From assembly GCA_943788175.1 (NCBI GenBank), contig CALSPG010000006.1, positions 96,001-160,000 of the forward strand: 64,000 bases of DNA. Reading direction: 5' to 3'. The stretch is from an uncultured bacterium (GTDB taxonomy: Bacteria > Fidelibacterota > Marinisomatia > Marinisomatales > UBA1611). Position numbers and translations under genes: made by a program. The notes beneath the pieces were generated by a model. It did not search any database. It was not told the origin of the DNA and saw only the letters and a list, made by a program, of their open reading frames with translations. Shown piece after piece: positions 31,807-41,953 of the stretch; positions within the stretch are counted from its first letter, which is position 1; every line of letters starts with the position of its first letter.

Positions 31807-33366
31807 CTATGATTCTTGGTCTGATAAAATCAACCAACCTTGGGATTCATTATTATCAGGCTTTATAATCATACTTTTTTGCCAAGAACTTTTGGCAAGA
31901 ACTTTTTCATCCATATTCCAATATGTTAGTCCTAATCCTAGGTATGCTTCAGCACTACTTGGATCTAATTCAATAACCTCTTGGTATGCAGCTAAAGATT
32001 CACGGTACATACGTTTTTCCCTATAATAGCCTCCAAGGGTTGCCATCGAGCTAGCTAACCATTGGTTGGTATTCTGGTTTATAGATAGAGCATTTTTAAA
32101 TGACTGTCTTCCCATGGAGGGATTTCCTAAACGATTATATTCTATAGCTAGTATATAATATGTTTGAGGTAGTAGAACTCTTACAACCTCATTATCAGGC
32201 TTATAGTGAAGAAGGTCTTCCCAAGCTGCTGCTGCTCTTCCCCATTCTTGGGCCTTAAAATAACTCAAGCCTTGCATGTAGCGGGAATCAGCATCTTCAG
32301 GATCAAGAAAAATAACATCGCCAAATGATAAAGCGGCATAAACATATTTACCTAAATCAAAATACAAATTAGCTAGACTAACATGTGAATTTTTATCTTT
32401 AGCATTTAGTTTTATAGACCTTTGAAAGGCTGACTTCGCATCTTCAATATTTCCTAAAGCTAATTCAGTCTCGCCAGTAAGTTGTAGAAAACCATTATGA
32501 GTAGGGAAGTTTTTCTGGCCTTCTTCACATAAGCGGAGAGCGTCAGTATAGTTCCCTTCTACTAAACGCTGTCTTATAATTGTAATTTTTTGAGCTGGGC
32601 CTTCAGGAACTAGTCTTGATGACATTCCAAGAATTTGATTACTTAGGGATCTTTGATCTGGTGAATTTGTGTACATTGCCATTGCGTCAATCGTACCTTT
32701 ATGATCTGGATTTAATTCCAAGGCTTCTTCAAAAGATTGCCTGGATTTATCATACTCGCCTAGCATAGCAAAAAAAGAACCTAAGTAAAAGTGAGCATCA
32801 GGGTTCGTTGGATGCTTTTTAATTTGGCGAAGATATATATCTTTGGCAGACTCCCAATTATTAACAGCCTCATAATGAAGACCTAATTGGCGCTGGATAT
32901 AAATATTATTTGGATTGTTACGAGCATCCGCTTCATAATCACCAGTTGTTAAGAACGGCAAACTTTCAATATTTTTAATTTTTTTCTTAGGCATATCATT
33001 ATAAATATATCTGGTAGCTCTAGCCATTTCATTGTTTGATGCCTCTAATTCACTTGATAATTGATATAGTTCATCAGCAAATGCTGCCACATTTATTTGA
33101 GGACCTTTGTTTACAATAGGAAGCGGTTTTGAGGCATTAGATGATGATTTCGCTTTTTTCTTTTTAGAAGACTTTTTCTTCTTCGATGGTCTTTTCTTTT
33201 TAGAAGATTTTTTCTTTTTAGAAGGCTTCCTTTTTTTCGAAGATTTTTTCTTTTTCTTAGACTGAGCGCTTAAAGATTCTCCAAAACGCAAATCTCCTGA
33301 AGAGGAGATATGTATCCCTCCGACCAGTACTATAGATAGTAATAGCTTAAATAATTGTCTTATCAT
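31807..33366 (-). CDS. Tetratricopeptide repeat protein with N-terminal Lys/Ser-rich tract
   Basis: Many TPRs (AHFYLG..GEYDKS...ALELNP; AYLGLGLTYW); hydrophobic N-terminus. Confidence 0.88.
   Translation of the reverse strand: MIRQLFKLLLSIVLVGGIHISSSGDLRFGESLSAQSKKKKKSSKKRKPSKKKKSSKKKRPSKKKKSSKKKKAKSSSNASKPLPIVNKGPQINVAAFADELYQLSSELEASNNEMARATRYIYNDMPKKKIKNIESLPFLTTGDYEADARNNPNNIYIQRQLGLHYEAVNNWESAKDIYLRQIKKHPTNPDAHFYLGSFFAMLGEYDKSRQSFEEALELNPDHKGTIDAMAMYTNSPDQRSLSNQILGMSSRLVPEGPAQKITIIRQRLVEGNYTDALRLCEEGQKNFPTHNGFLQLTGETELALGNIEDAKSAFQRSIKLNAKDKNSHVSLANLYFDLGKYVYAALSFGDVIFLDPEDADSRYMQGLSYFKAQEWGRAAAAWEDLLHYKPDNEVVRVLLPQTYYILAIEYNRLGNPSMGRQSFKNALSINQNTNQWLASSMATLGGYYREKRMYRESLAAYQEVIELDPSSAEAYLGLGLTYWNMDEKVLAKSSWQKSMIIKPDNNESQGWLILSDQES
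33154..33262 (-). repeat. Degenerate ~18-bp tandem repeat encoding (S/P)SKKKK-type hexapeptides
   Basis: Translation SKKKKKSSKKRKPSKKKKSSKKKRPSKKKKSSKKKK; DNA unit ttctttttagaag recurs. Confidence 0.75.
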
Positions 33367-33442
33367 AGTGGGTGTAACTTCGGATTACACTTGAATTTGA
33401 AAAAAAAAGTCCTAACTACCAAACATTATTTATTTTAACGTT

Positions 33443-33781
33443 TTACCCATTAATCTTACAACATCTCGGAAGCTTGTTGTAGGCTTCTTTGAGAGCCATC
33501 GTTTCATTTGCTTGGTAGCCTGCTATTGATATTTGTGTTTCGATTTGAGCCAGAGAAACTTTTTGTGGATTAAAATAAACTTTACCATTTTTATTCTCAA
33601 GGTCAACTTTTACTTTTAATACTCCATCAGTCTTTGAAAAGGCATCCACAATGTTTGTCTCGCACATACCACACATTATCGTCGGAAGCGAAATATTAGC
33701 TTCCTCAGCATTTGTAGAAACTGAACAATTTAGCAGGGTAAAACCTATAACAATTAACAAAATATCTAATTTAAACTTCAT
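33443..33781 (-). CDS. Exported heavy-metal-associated (HMA; MerP/CopZ-like) protein
   Basis: IMCGMCE CxxC motif, GVLKVKVDL, IAGY, C-terminal LPRCCK; signal/lipoprotein-like N-terminus from ATG at 33781 (ORF track start 33808). Confidence 0.85.
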   Translation of the reverse strand: MKFKLDILLIVIGFTLLNCSVSTNAEEANISLPTIMCGMCETNIVDAFSKTDGVLKVKVDLENKNGKVYFNPQKVSLAQIETQISIAGYQANETMALKEAYNKLPRCCKING

Positions 33782-33855
33782 TTTTATCCTCACTTTTTTA
33801 TAAAACACTTAAAAAACTTTAAATAACCAATTATAATTTTAGCAATAAAAATACT

Positions 33856-34353
33856 CTAAAATTGCCTTTGAAATACAGTTTCCCAATTTTTTACATTTTT
33901 ACCAGTTTTAACTATTGATAAGCCATTAAAAACTACATGGTTAGGAATTATAAGACTCTTTGTAGCAAAATATATTTCTTCTTTTGAAAAAATACCATAA
34001 GCAATACTAATGTGCGGATCAAAACCATATTTTCTTGAGCTCCTGAATTTATTTTTACATATAGTATTTAGTTGATTTAAGGCACCACTATTTTCAATAG
34101 AGACATATAATGATTTGGAGTAAGAATCTCCACTTTTTATTTTTTTTATACTTGCTGAAAATTGATTATAGTTTTTAGCTAGTTCAGTAATAAGAGGTTT
34201 TAAAATTTCAATATCTGTATTTAAATGACCATATATTGTACAATGAGGTTCAAAAATTGGCGTTTTCAAGCGCTTAGAAATTGATTGATTAATTTGCCTA
34301 TAGTTTGAACGACTTTCTTTTTCAAGGATTAGCCAAATCGAAAAACTACTCAT
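33856..34353 (-). CDS. 2H phosphoesterase / cyclic phosphodiesterase-like protein
   Basis: Two Hx(T/S) motifs: FEPHCTI and FDPHISIAYG. Confidence 0.8.
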   Translation of the reverse strand: MSSFSIWLILEKESRSNYRQINQSISKRLKTPIFEPHCTIYGHLNTDIEILKPLITELAKNYNQFSASIKKIKSGDSYSKSLYVSIENSGALNQLNTICKNKFRSSRKYGFDPHISIAYGIFSKEEIYFATKSLIIPNHVVFNGLSIVKTGKNVKNWETVFQRQF

Positions 34354-36834
34354 TAATCATTTAAAATATTTTTTATTGCTCTGAGTTTTTTATCTAAAAT
34401 TTCTACAGCTTTTGAATCGGACTTTTTGGACGAACTGTTTTTCCTGTTCTCGATTTTAGATTTTGCTCTTTTTGCATTGATAGATAGTACGGGGTCTTTC
34501 TCCACCATAATATCAAGCAATGAATAATTTGATTCACCACCATAATTTCCAACCTGCGCTATTACTGCCATTCTTACGAACCTATCATTATCATCAAAAA
34601 ATGATAAAATAAAATCAAATGTACTTGGCCTCTTTTTCTGATATTTTGATAACTCATAAATTATTGTTGGCCTAGAAGGCCAGCTAAAATTACCATATTT
34701 AGCTAATTCTTTTAATCGCATATAGTTTGATGCTGTTTGGACTTGACTAAAATAAGAAAGAGCTGCTTTCCTAATTACATCATTATGTGATTCAGTATTG
34801 AGTAATTTATCAACATGGGGTTTTGCCGCAGCAGTATCAATAATTGCTAAGGTTCTAATAGATTCTGAAATAGCATAATAACTAGTATCAGAAATAATTA
34901 TATCTTCTAAAAATTTACTCACTTCTAAATTGTTTTTTTGATTTTTTAATATTTTAATAAATGATCTCTTCACTCTATTGTCTATTTCTTTTCTTTTTAC
35001 CCAATCAATATCTTCTGAAATAATTTTTGTTTTAAGTCTTCCCAATGAAGTATAAGCTTCTTTTCTTACAGCCCAAAATGGATCTTTTTTAGCAGCTTCC
35101 ATTAATGCGTATTCAACGACTTTTCGACCTTTTTTCTTGGAAAGCTCTTGAGCAGCCCATATCCGATCTAGAGCATTTGATGCGTTTTGTAATTGATATT
35201 TGAGATCAGCAACTGATTTTTGCATTTTTAAATTTGAAGGAACTCTTTGCCCAGAATTAAATATTACCATTTTCGGTCTTTTATCAGACTTTATTTTGTA
35301 GACAGAATCCAAATTATCCACCCAAATAACGTGTTCTTTTTTTTCTCCACTATCAACAATAATTTTAATTGGCATTTTAAATAAACTTGTCGTTTTTAAA
35401 TCCTGAGTTTGTTTAACATGAATTGAAAGTTCTTTTTTTCTTTGGTTATAATTCCATGAAACATCATAATTAGGAAATCCTGGTTCATAAAGCCATTGCT
35501 TAAAGAACCAATCAAGATTTTGCCCCGTGGTCATTTCAATTGTCTTTTTTAGGTCATTGGTTTCCACATTTTTTAATTTATTTTCATTGGTATAATTCCG
35601 TATAGATCTCCAAAAGCCTTCTTCACCAAGCACATCACGAAGCATGGTTAAAATCAAACTTCCTTTTGCGTATACGTGACTGCTAAAAAGTTCAAAAGGT
35701 TCATCATAAACAAAGTCAACAGTCGGCCTTCTTTTATTTTTATCGGCACGTTTGAAGCTTCTTATTTCACCAAGTCTTATATAATCACCCTCATCATCTC
35801 CTCTATCTTTTGTCAAATACAATCTCGAAAAGAATGTTGCGAAACCCTCATTGAGCCAAATATTTGCCCAATTCCGAGTTGTAATCATATCCCCAAACCA
35901 CTGATGGGCTAGCTCATGGGCCACGAGACCGTCACTACTATGATCAGGATGTGCCTTTGAATCAAACATTGTCCTATCAGAATTATGAGTTAAAGTAATA
36001 TTTTCCATTCCTCCCCACATAAATTCTGAAACAATTATTTGATCATACTTTTCAAATGGATAAGAAACTCCTGTCAAATTATTAAAGTAATCAATCATAT
36101 CTGGAGTTTTACCAAATGAACGAAAAGCCTCATTTTTATTTTCAGGATATACCCAATAAGCAACTGGAACGTCCTTATGATTATCTTCTACTTTAACATA
36201 ATCACCGATAACAAAAGAAATTAAATAACCTACCATTGGAAAATTTTCTCTCCAGTGAAATGTATGCGTTCCATCTTTATTGTCTTGAAAAGAAACTAGC
36301 TCACCATTTGAGATAGCTTTGAGTTTATTATCAACCGTAAGAATACATTCAAAAGTGGCTCTTTCATTAGGGTAATCATACATTGGTACCCAATGATGAT
36401 TATCTGTTTCTTCTCCTTGAGTCCACGCCTGCATTTTTCTTTTAGGATAAAGTGAATCAGGTTTGAAAAAATATAATCCTGTCCGAGGAGTTGCTGTGTA
36501 AGTTTATTGTAACGTCAAGAGTATCTGACCATGCATAATTTTTTAATAAGTCCATATGCAACTTCTCTTCACTTTGAAAAAAAGGAATGTCTTTGTTTCC
36601 AATTCGGACCCTTCTAACAATCATATCCTCTGCATCAAGTTCAAGTTCTGATAAAGCAGATCCTAGAGGACTAAATGAATGAGTTACTTTTCCGGTCACT
36701 TTCTCTGACAAAATATCAATTTTTATGTCGATTAAACTATGGAGTATATCAACGGATCGATCTGGAGTAGAATTATTTGCAAATAAAACGCCACTTAAGC
36801 ACAGTACAAAAATTGTAAAAAATAGTTTCTTCAA
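34353..36834 (-). CDS. M1 family aminopeptidase with C-terminal HEAT repeats; split by an apparent +1 frameshift at 36500-36501
   Basis: GGMEN, HELAHQWFGD, WLNEGFA, YAKG, HEAT-like repeats. The 125-aa ORF 36457-36834 (signal peptide, N-terminal domain) joins in frame via ...INYTATPRTGLYFFKPD...KMQAWTQGE if one base is removed. Confidence 0.85.
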
Positions 36835-36926
36835 TAGATTAGCCTTCTTGATTATAATTAAAAATAACTAAAAGCTTTAAAAAACAACAACAACTTAAAA
36901 ACAGGAAGAATATTGTATAAATAAGC

Positions 36927-36954
36927 AAAAAAAAAGGAGCAGCGCTCCTTTTTT
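36927..36954 (-). terminator. Rho-independent terminator after rpoD
   Basis: aaaaaaggagc-agc-gctcctttttt hairpin immediately after the stop; T9 run on the minus strand. Confidence 0.8.
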
Positions 36955-36957
36955 AAT

Positions 36958-37941
36958 TTATCCCAGATATCTTCTCAAACTTTTACTTCTTGATCGATGT
37001 CTCAATCTTTGAATTGCTTTTTCTTTAATTTGTCTTACTCTTTCACGGGTTAGATCAAATTCTTCACCAATTTCATTTAATGTCATTGCACTATCTCGAT
37101 TGATACCAAAATACATTTCAAGAACAGATCTTTCTCTACCGGATAATGTCTCCAAAGCACCAGTTACCTCTTCAGACATCGACTCTCGCATGATATTAGC
37201 TTCTGGCTCTTCTGCTTGATCATCTTCAATTATATCAAGCAGACTACTATTCTCACCATCTTGAAATGGAGAATGCAGCGAACTATGTCTTCTAGAATAT
37301 TGCATGGCCATTAATACTTCATCACCACTCATTTCTAATTGATTACCTATCTCATCACCTTTTGGTTGTCTCTCAACTTCTGCTTCTAATTTTTCAGCAG
37401 CACGAGTTATCTTAGTGATAGTACCTACACGATTTAGAGGCAAACGAATCAACCTAGATTGTTCAGCCAATGCTTGGAGTATCGACTGACGAATCCACCA
37501 AACAGCATAAGAAATAAATTTGAAACCTCTCGTGTGATCAAAACGCTTTGCTGCTTTTATTAGCCCAAGGTTACCTTCATTTATTATATCAGCAAGAGAT
37601 AAACCATTACCTTGATATTTTTTCGCAACAGAAACAACGAAGCGAAGGTTTGCTTCAACAAGTTCTTTCATAGCCGCTTCATCGTTGTTTTGAATTCTAA
37701 TTGCTAACTCGACTTCTCTTTCTGGAGGCAATGGATTGTATTGACCTATTTCAGCAAGATACATACTTATACTTCCGCTTGCGACCTTACTTGATTTCTT
37801 CGTCTTCGGTGCAGGCGCAGCTGCTTTTTTATCTTTAGCTCCTTTTTTGCCTTTTTCTTCTTTCGATATAGCTTCGACTTCTTTTTTAATTTGTTTTACA
37901 TCAACTTTTTCTTTTTTTTGCTTAGCTTTAGTTTTTGGCAA
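36958..37941 (-). CDS. rpoD: Primary RNA polymerase sigma factor RpoD/SigA, Bacteroidetes-like (no region 1.1)
   Basis: ANLRFVVSVAKKY, EGNLGL, GFKFISYAVWWIRQSI, TRERVRQIKEKA; TTG start with GGAG RBS. Confidence 0.9.
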   Translation of the reverse strand: MPKTKAKQKKEKVDVKQIKKEVEAISKEEKGKKGAKDKKAAAPAPKTKKSSKVASGSISMYLAEIGQYNPLPPEREVELAIRIQNNDEAAMKELVEANLRFVVSVAKKYQGNGLSLADIINEGNLGLIKAAKRFDHTRGFKFISYAVWWIRQSILQALAEQSRLIRLPLNRVGTITKITRAAEKLEAEVERQPKGDEIGNQLEMSGDEVLMAMQYSRRHSSLHSPFQDGENSSLLDIIEDDQAEEPEANIMRESMSEEVTGALETLSGRERSVLEMYFGINRDSAMTLNEIGEEFDLTRERVRQIKEKAIQRLRHRSRSKSLRRYLG

Positions 37942-38005
37942 GATGATAGCTCCTAATTTTTTGTGTACATTTACAACAGTGCCGGCGATATTACAAAATA
38001 ATTGT

Positions 38006-39199
38006 TTATTTTATAAACATTATCTTTGATGAACTTGTAATTCCTTCTGATATTAATTGGACTATATATATTCCACTAGATATAATAGATGCTGAACTAC
38101 TATTCGGACTCCAATAAATTTCACCTTTATTTTTATCTAATGGACTCATTTTCCTATCAAAGACTTTCTTACCAGCAATAGTATAAATCGATATTGATGA
38201 AGATTCTAACATATCAACATCAAAGCTCAAGGAGATTCGGCCATTAAAAGGGTTAGGATAAGGATTAAATAGCTTTGGACTTTTCGGAGTCAATAGATCA
38301 GAATTATCATTTTCAAGAACAACAAAAGTAGGGTACCTAGCAAGCTCATTGGAATTAATTACTACCAATTCATTTGAAGCAATTGGCTCCCATGTGAAAT
38401 CAGAAGCTGATGCTGGTGGAGTAGTCATTATAGAATAATAGCCCTCTGTTTCCAAAATTTTAAGTCCATTGCTCCCACCATATACGTATAGGTTATCAGA
38501 GTCAGAAAAAACGAAGTTTAACATGTAAGGATTTATGCCAGCTTCAAGCATTAATCTTAAAGCTGTATTTAATCCTTCAATCACGTCTCCCTGAGCAGTA
38601 ATCATTTTCATAATTAATAGCATAATTAGTTCTGAATCCACAACCGCGCTCCACCCTTCATCTGCCCAATTTCCAGCTCCAAAAGTTTGAGGAGGGTTTA
38701 GGATTAACCATTCTTCGTTAATTCCGTTTTCTGTTATTAGATCATACAATAAATCTTTTGATGCCCCACCATTATGTACGAATGAAAAAGTTTTTTCCCC
38801 TTCAAAAATCCACGGGTGAGGATTTGGAATATCACTAGCACCAGATGTTGCCGAGCGAAGATGAGCAATGGCTATCTTTGAATTAAAATCATTAAAAACA
38901 GAGAGCATCTCGTTCCAATAATTAAGCGAATCATAATTTGCTGGTAGTGCAGACCTGTAAACACTTATTTCATTGTATGCTGGAGATAGAGGATATTGTA
39001 AAATTGACCAGCCATTTGCATTATGTTGACTCTGGTTGAAATAAATACCTAATTGCTCATTAATTAATAATAATTCATCTTGGCTTTGGATATTTAATGA
39101 ACGGTCATGTTTTGAGATAATAGCCCAAATTTTACAAGCACTTAGCTCAGTAAAATGAATAAGGACCAAAAATATTGATATAAAAAATTGTTTAGGCAT
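38006..39199 (-). CDS. Secreted class II glutamine amidotransferase (Ntn-hydrolase, YafJ/EgtC-like) with Por/FlgD-type C-terminal domain
   Basis: Signal peptide then CKIWA; NANGW, IAHLRSATSG, NPHPW, FVHNG, DSEL, LNFVFSD; C-terminal YPNPFN...SGIYIVQL...KIMFIK. Confidence 0.85.
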   Translation of the reverse strand: MPKQFFISIFLVLIHFTELSACKIWAIISKHDRSLNIQSQDELLLINEQLGIYFNQSQHNANGWSILQYPLSPAYNEISVYRSALPANYDSLNYWNEMLSVFNDFNSKIAIAHLRSATSGASDIPNPHPWIFEGEKTFSFVHNGGASKDLLYDLITENGINEEWLILNPPQTFGAGNWADEGWSAVVDSELIMLLIMKMITAQGDVIEGLNTALRLMLEAGINPYMLNFVFSDSDNLYVYGGSNGLKILETEGYYSIMTTPPASASDFTWEPIASNELVVINSNELARYPTFVVLENDNSDLLTPKSPKLFNPYPNPFNGRISLSFDVDMLESSSISIYTIAGKKVFDRKMSPLDKNKGEIYWSPNSSSASIISSGIYIVQLISEGITSSSKIMFIK

Positions 39200-39390
39200 A
39201 ATTACATATAATTATTTGAGAAGTATAATTTAATATAAATACATATACTTATTTTCTTAAAAAACTATAATTACAACAATTAAGATGGAATCAAACTTTA
39301 ATATGAAATATTATAATATTTTATAAATAAAATAAAATCAGCTTACTTTAAAACAATGTATAGTCAAAATAAATTACCTGATTATTGTTA

Positions 39391-40857
39391 ATGGAAATCA
39401 TTTTAGTTTTCTATTTATCAATTTTGATAGGCATTGGAGTTGCCGCCTCAAAAAATGTTAATAATATTAGCGATTATTATGTAGGTGGTAAGAAACTAAA
39501 CTATTGGATTGCAGCACTATCTGCTAGAGCCACGGGAGAATCAGGATGGTTACTACTTGGTGTGACTGGTATGGGTGCTGTAATGGGCATTAGTGCATTT
39601 TGGATTGTACTTGGTGAAGTTATAGGTGTGTTTTTTTCTTGGCATTTTATGGCTGAGAAGTTTAAAAAGCTTACTGATGACTATAAATCAATAACAGTAC
39701 CTGACTTTTTGCACAGTCATTTTAGCTCAAAAACAAATACAATAAGAATTATTGCGGCAACGGCTCTATCTGCATTTGTAGTTATTTATGTTAGCGCTCA
39801 GATTGATATTACGGGTAAAGCTTTTGAATCTTTTTTAGGCTATAACTATTATTTTGGCATTCTTATTGGGTTTGGAATAGTTGTAGCTTATATATTTTCT
39901 GGCGGGTTTTTAGCCGTCGCATGGTCTGATCTTTTTCAAGGATCTATGATGTTTTTAGCTTTATTATTTCTTCCTATTACTGCATATATACAATTACCCA
40001 AAAGTATAACTTTTTTAAAAGGACTTAAAGATATCGACCCTGCTTTGGTAAATATTTGGGGTGATGGTGGATTTACTTTCATGAACTTTTTATCTGTAAT
40101 AGGTCTATTATCAATAGGCATAGGATTTCTAGGTTCACCTCAAGTTTATGTTCGATTTATAGCAATAAAAAATACCCAAGAAATAAAAAAAGGGAAAATT
40201 ATTGCAGTCATTTATACCTTTGTCTCAAGCTCATGTGCTGTCATGATTGGTATGATAGGACGTTTTATGTTCACTACGAATAATCAAAATCCCGAAATAG
40301 TATTAGGGCCTGCAGGTGAAAATGTATTGTATTTACTTTTATTAGAAATCATGCCTACAATTGTTGTTGGTATTTACATTGCTGCATTATTATCTGCAGT
40401 TATGTCGACCGTAGATTCACTACTTGTGGTTGCTTCAAGTGCAGTAACAAGGGATTTTTACCAAAAAATTGTAAATCCACTGATTGACCAAAAAACTTTA
40501 ATAATACTTTCTAAAAAAATTACTTTAGGATTAGCGCTTTTTGCTTTATTTGTTGCAATAAGCGTATCGATTATATCGCCTGACCGTACTATATTTTGGT
40601 TTGTTATTTTTGGTTGGTCTGGTATTGCAGCTACATTCTGCCCTGTAATTATACTGTCAATTTTTTGGAATGATTTTGATGAAAACGGGGCGATTGCGTC
40701 TATGATTACAGGATTTTTATCTGTACCAATTTTTAAATTTTTGGTACCGAAATTAGAAAATATTGGTATCTATTTTGAAAAAATAGATGTATTACTGCCA
40801 TCAGTAATCTTGGCAATATCAGCAGGATACTTTACGACAATAATAAAAAGAAAATAA
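39391..40857 (+). CDS. Sodium/proline symporter (PutP-like SSS)
   Basis: ALSARATGESGWLLLG, GGFLAVAWSD, GSPQVYVRF, SAVMSTVDSLL. Confidence 0.88.
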   Translation: MEIILVFYLSILIGIGVAASKNVNNISDYYVGGKKLNYWIAALSARATGESGWLLLGVTGMGAVMGISAFWIVLGEVIGVFFSWHFMAEKFKKLTDDYKSITVPDFLHSHFSSKTNTIRIIAATALSAFVVIYVSAQIDITGKAFESFLGYNYYFGILIGFGIVVAYIFSGGFLAVAWSDLFQGSMMFLALLFLPITAYIQLPKSITFLKGLKDIDPALVNIWGDGGFTFMNFLSVIGLLSIGIGFLGSPQVYVRFIAIKNTQEIKKGKIIAVIYTFVSSSCAVMIGMIGRFMFTTNNQNPEIVLGPAGENVLYLLLLEIMPTIVVGIYIAALLSAVMSTVDSLLVVASSAVTRDFYQKIVNPLIDQKTLIILSKKITLGLALFALFVAISVSIISPDRTIFWFVIFGWSGIAATFCPVIILSIFWNDFDENGAIASMITGFLSVPIFKFLVPKLENIGIYFEKIDVLLPSVILAISAGYFTTIIKRK

Positions 40858-41910
40858 CTATTCTTCAGATTTAAAAGTCATAGGAGCATCCATTAATGTA
40901 CTAATCCACTTCGCACTTTCAGAATTTGATAATGCAATTTTTATTGTCATTGTTAAGGGGACAGATAGTACCATGCCAACTGGTCCAAATACCCAACCCC
41001 AGAAAAGTAGAGATACAAAAACGACTAGAGTAGAAAGACCTAAACCATGACCTAATAATCGAGGTTCTAAGATACTTCCTATAGATATATTTATAAATAA
41101 ATAACCTGATAGCGACAATAGTGATGTCACAACACCATACTGAATTAAGGCTAATAACGCTGGTGGAACTGCTGCTATAATTGAACCAACAGTCGGAACA
41201 TAGTTGAATAAAAAAGTTAAGAAGCCCCACAGTAGTGGGTAATCGACACCTAAAAACATTAACCAAATTGTGGCAATAAAACCTGTGGCTAAACTAGTGC
41301 CCGTTTTTATAAGCATGTATCTATTAACTGTATCGGAAAAAGAATCAACCTGGCTAGCACCGTCACTTTGAGTTCCAAAAATATGTCTGATTTTGAATCT
41401 AAATATTGTTGCTTCGAGCAACATAAAAACAATCATCAATAGAATTAGAAGGCCGCTGCTTAAAACACCGCCGAAACCAGATAATAAGGATGAAGTCAAT
41501 GACATTGCAGCACCAGGATCAAACCTTTCAATAATTGCAGAGCCAGAAATTTGCAACCCTAACTGCTCAAAGAACTCAAAAAAACTAGTAGCAGAAGCGT
41601 TCACCATTTCTTTATATCTAGGAAGATTTTCTTTGAAATCGCTCAAAGAAGTTCCCAAAAGAGAGGCTATACCCGTTCCGACAGCAACAATTCCAAAAAT
41701 AACTACCAAGATAGCACCCAAAATGGGTATGCCTTTTGATCTAAGCTTTGTAACGAGCGGGTTTGCAATTACCGATATAAAAATTGCGAGCAAAAAAGGT
41801 ATCAATATATCACTTGCCGCTCTCAATCCGGCAACAACAATCATAAAAGCTGCTAAATTAAAAATTACTTGTTGAACATGACTCTGACCTGTGTAAGATT
41901 TTTTAGACAT
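40858..41910 (-). CDS. AI-2E family transporter
   Basis: NYVPTVGS, LEPRLLG, WGWVFGPVGMVLSVPL. Confidence 0.92.
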   Translation of the reverse strand: MSKKSYTGQSHVQQVIFNLAAFMIVVAGLRAASDILIPFLLAIFISVIANPLVTKLRSKGIPILGAILVVIFGIVAVGTGIASLLGTSLSDFKENLPRYKEMVNASATSFFEFFEQLGLQISGSAIIERFDPGAAMSLTSSLLSGFGGVLSSGLLILLMIVFMLLEATIFRFKIRHIFGTQSDGASQVDSFSDTVNRYMLIKTGTSLATGFIATIWLMFLGVDYPLLWGFLTFLFNYVPTVGSIIAAVPPALLALIQYGVVTSLLSLSGYLFINISIGSILEPRLLGHGLGLSTLVVFVSLLFWGWVFGPVGMVLSVPLTMTIKIALSNSESAKWISTLMDAPMTFKSEE

Positions 41911-41953
41911 GCCTAAAATTAGAATAAAATATATTTATATCTACAAAAATCTT

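Noticed and set aside
33372-33390. gtgtaa-cTTCGg-a-ttacac hairpin with a UUCG tetraloop just upstream of the TPR gene
   Set aside because: The UUCG loop is on the non-coding strand, the stem is short, and there is no U-tract or second copy; insufficient for an ncRNA or terminator call
41393-41875. 160-aa plus-strand ORF
   Set aside because: Entirely antisense to the AI-2E transporter; typical shadow of a hydrophobic gene
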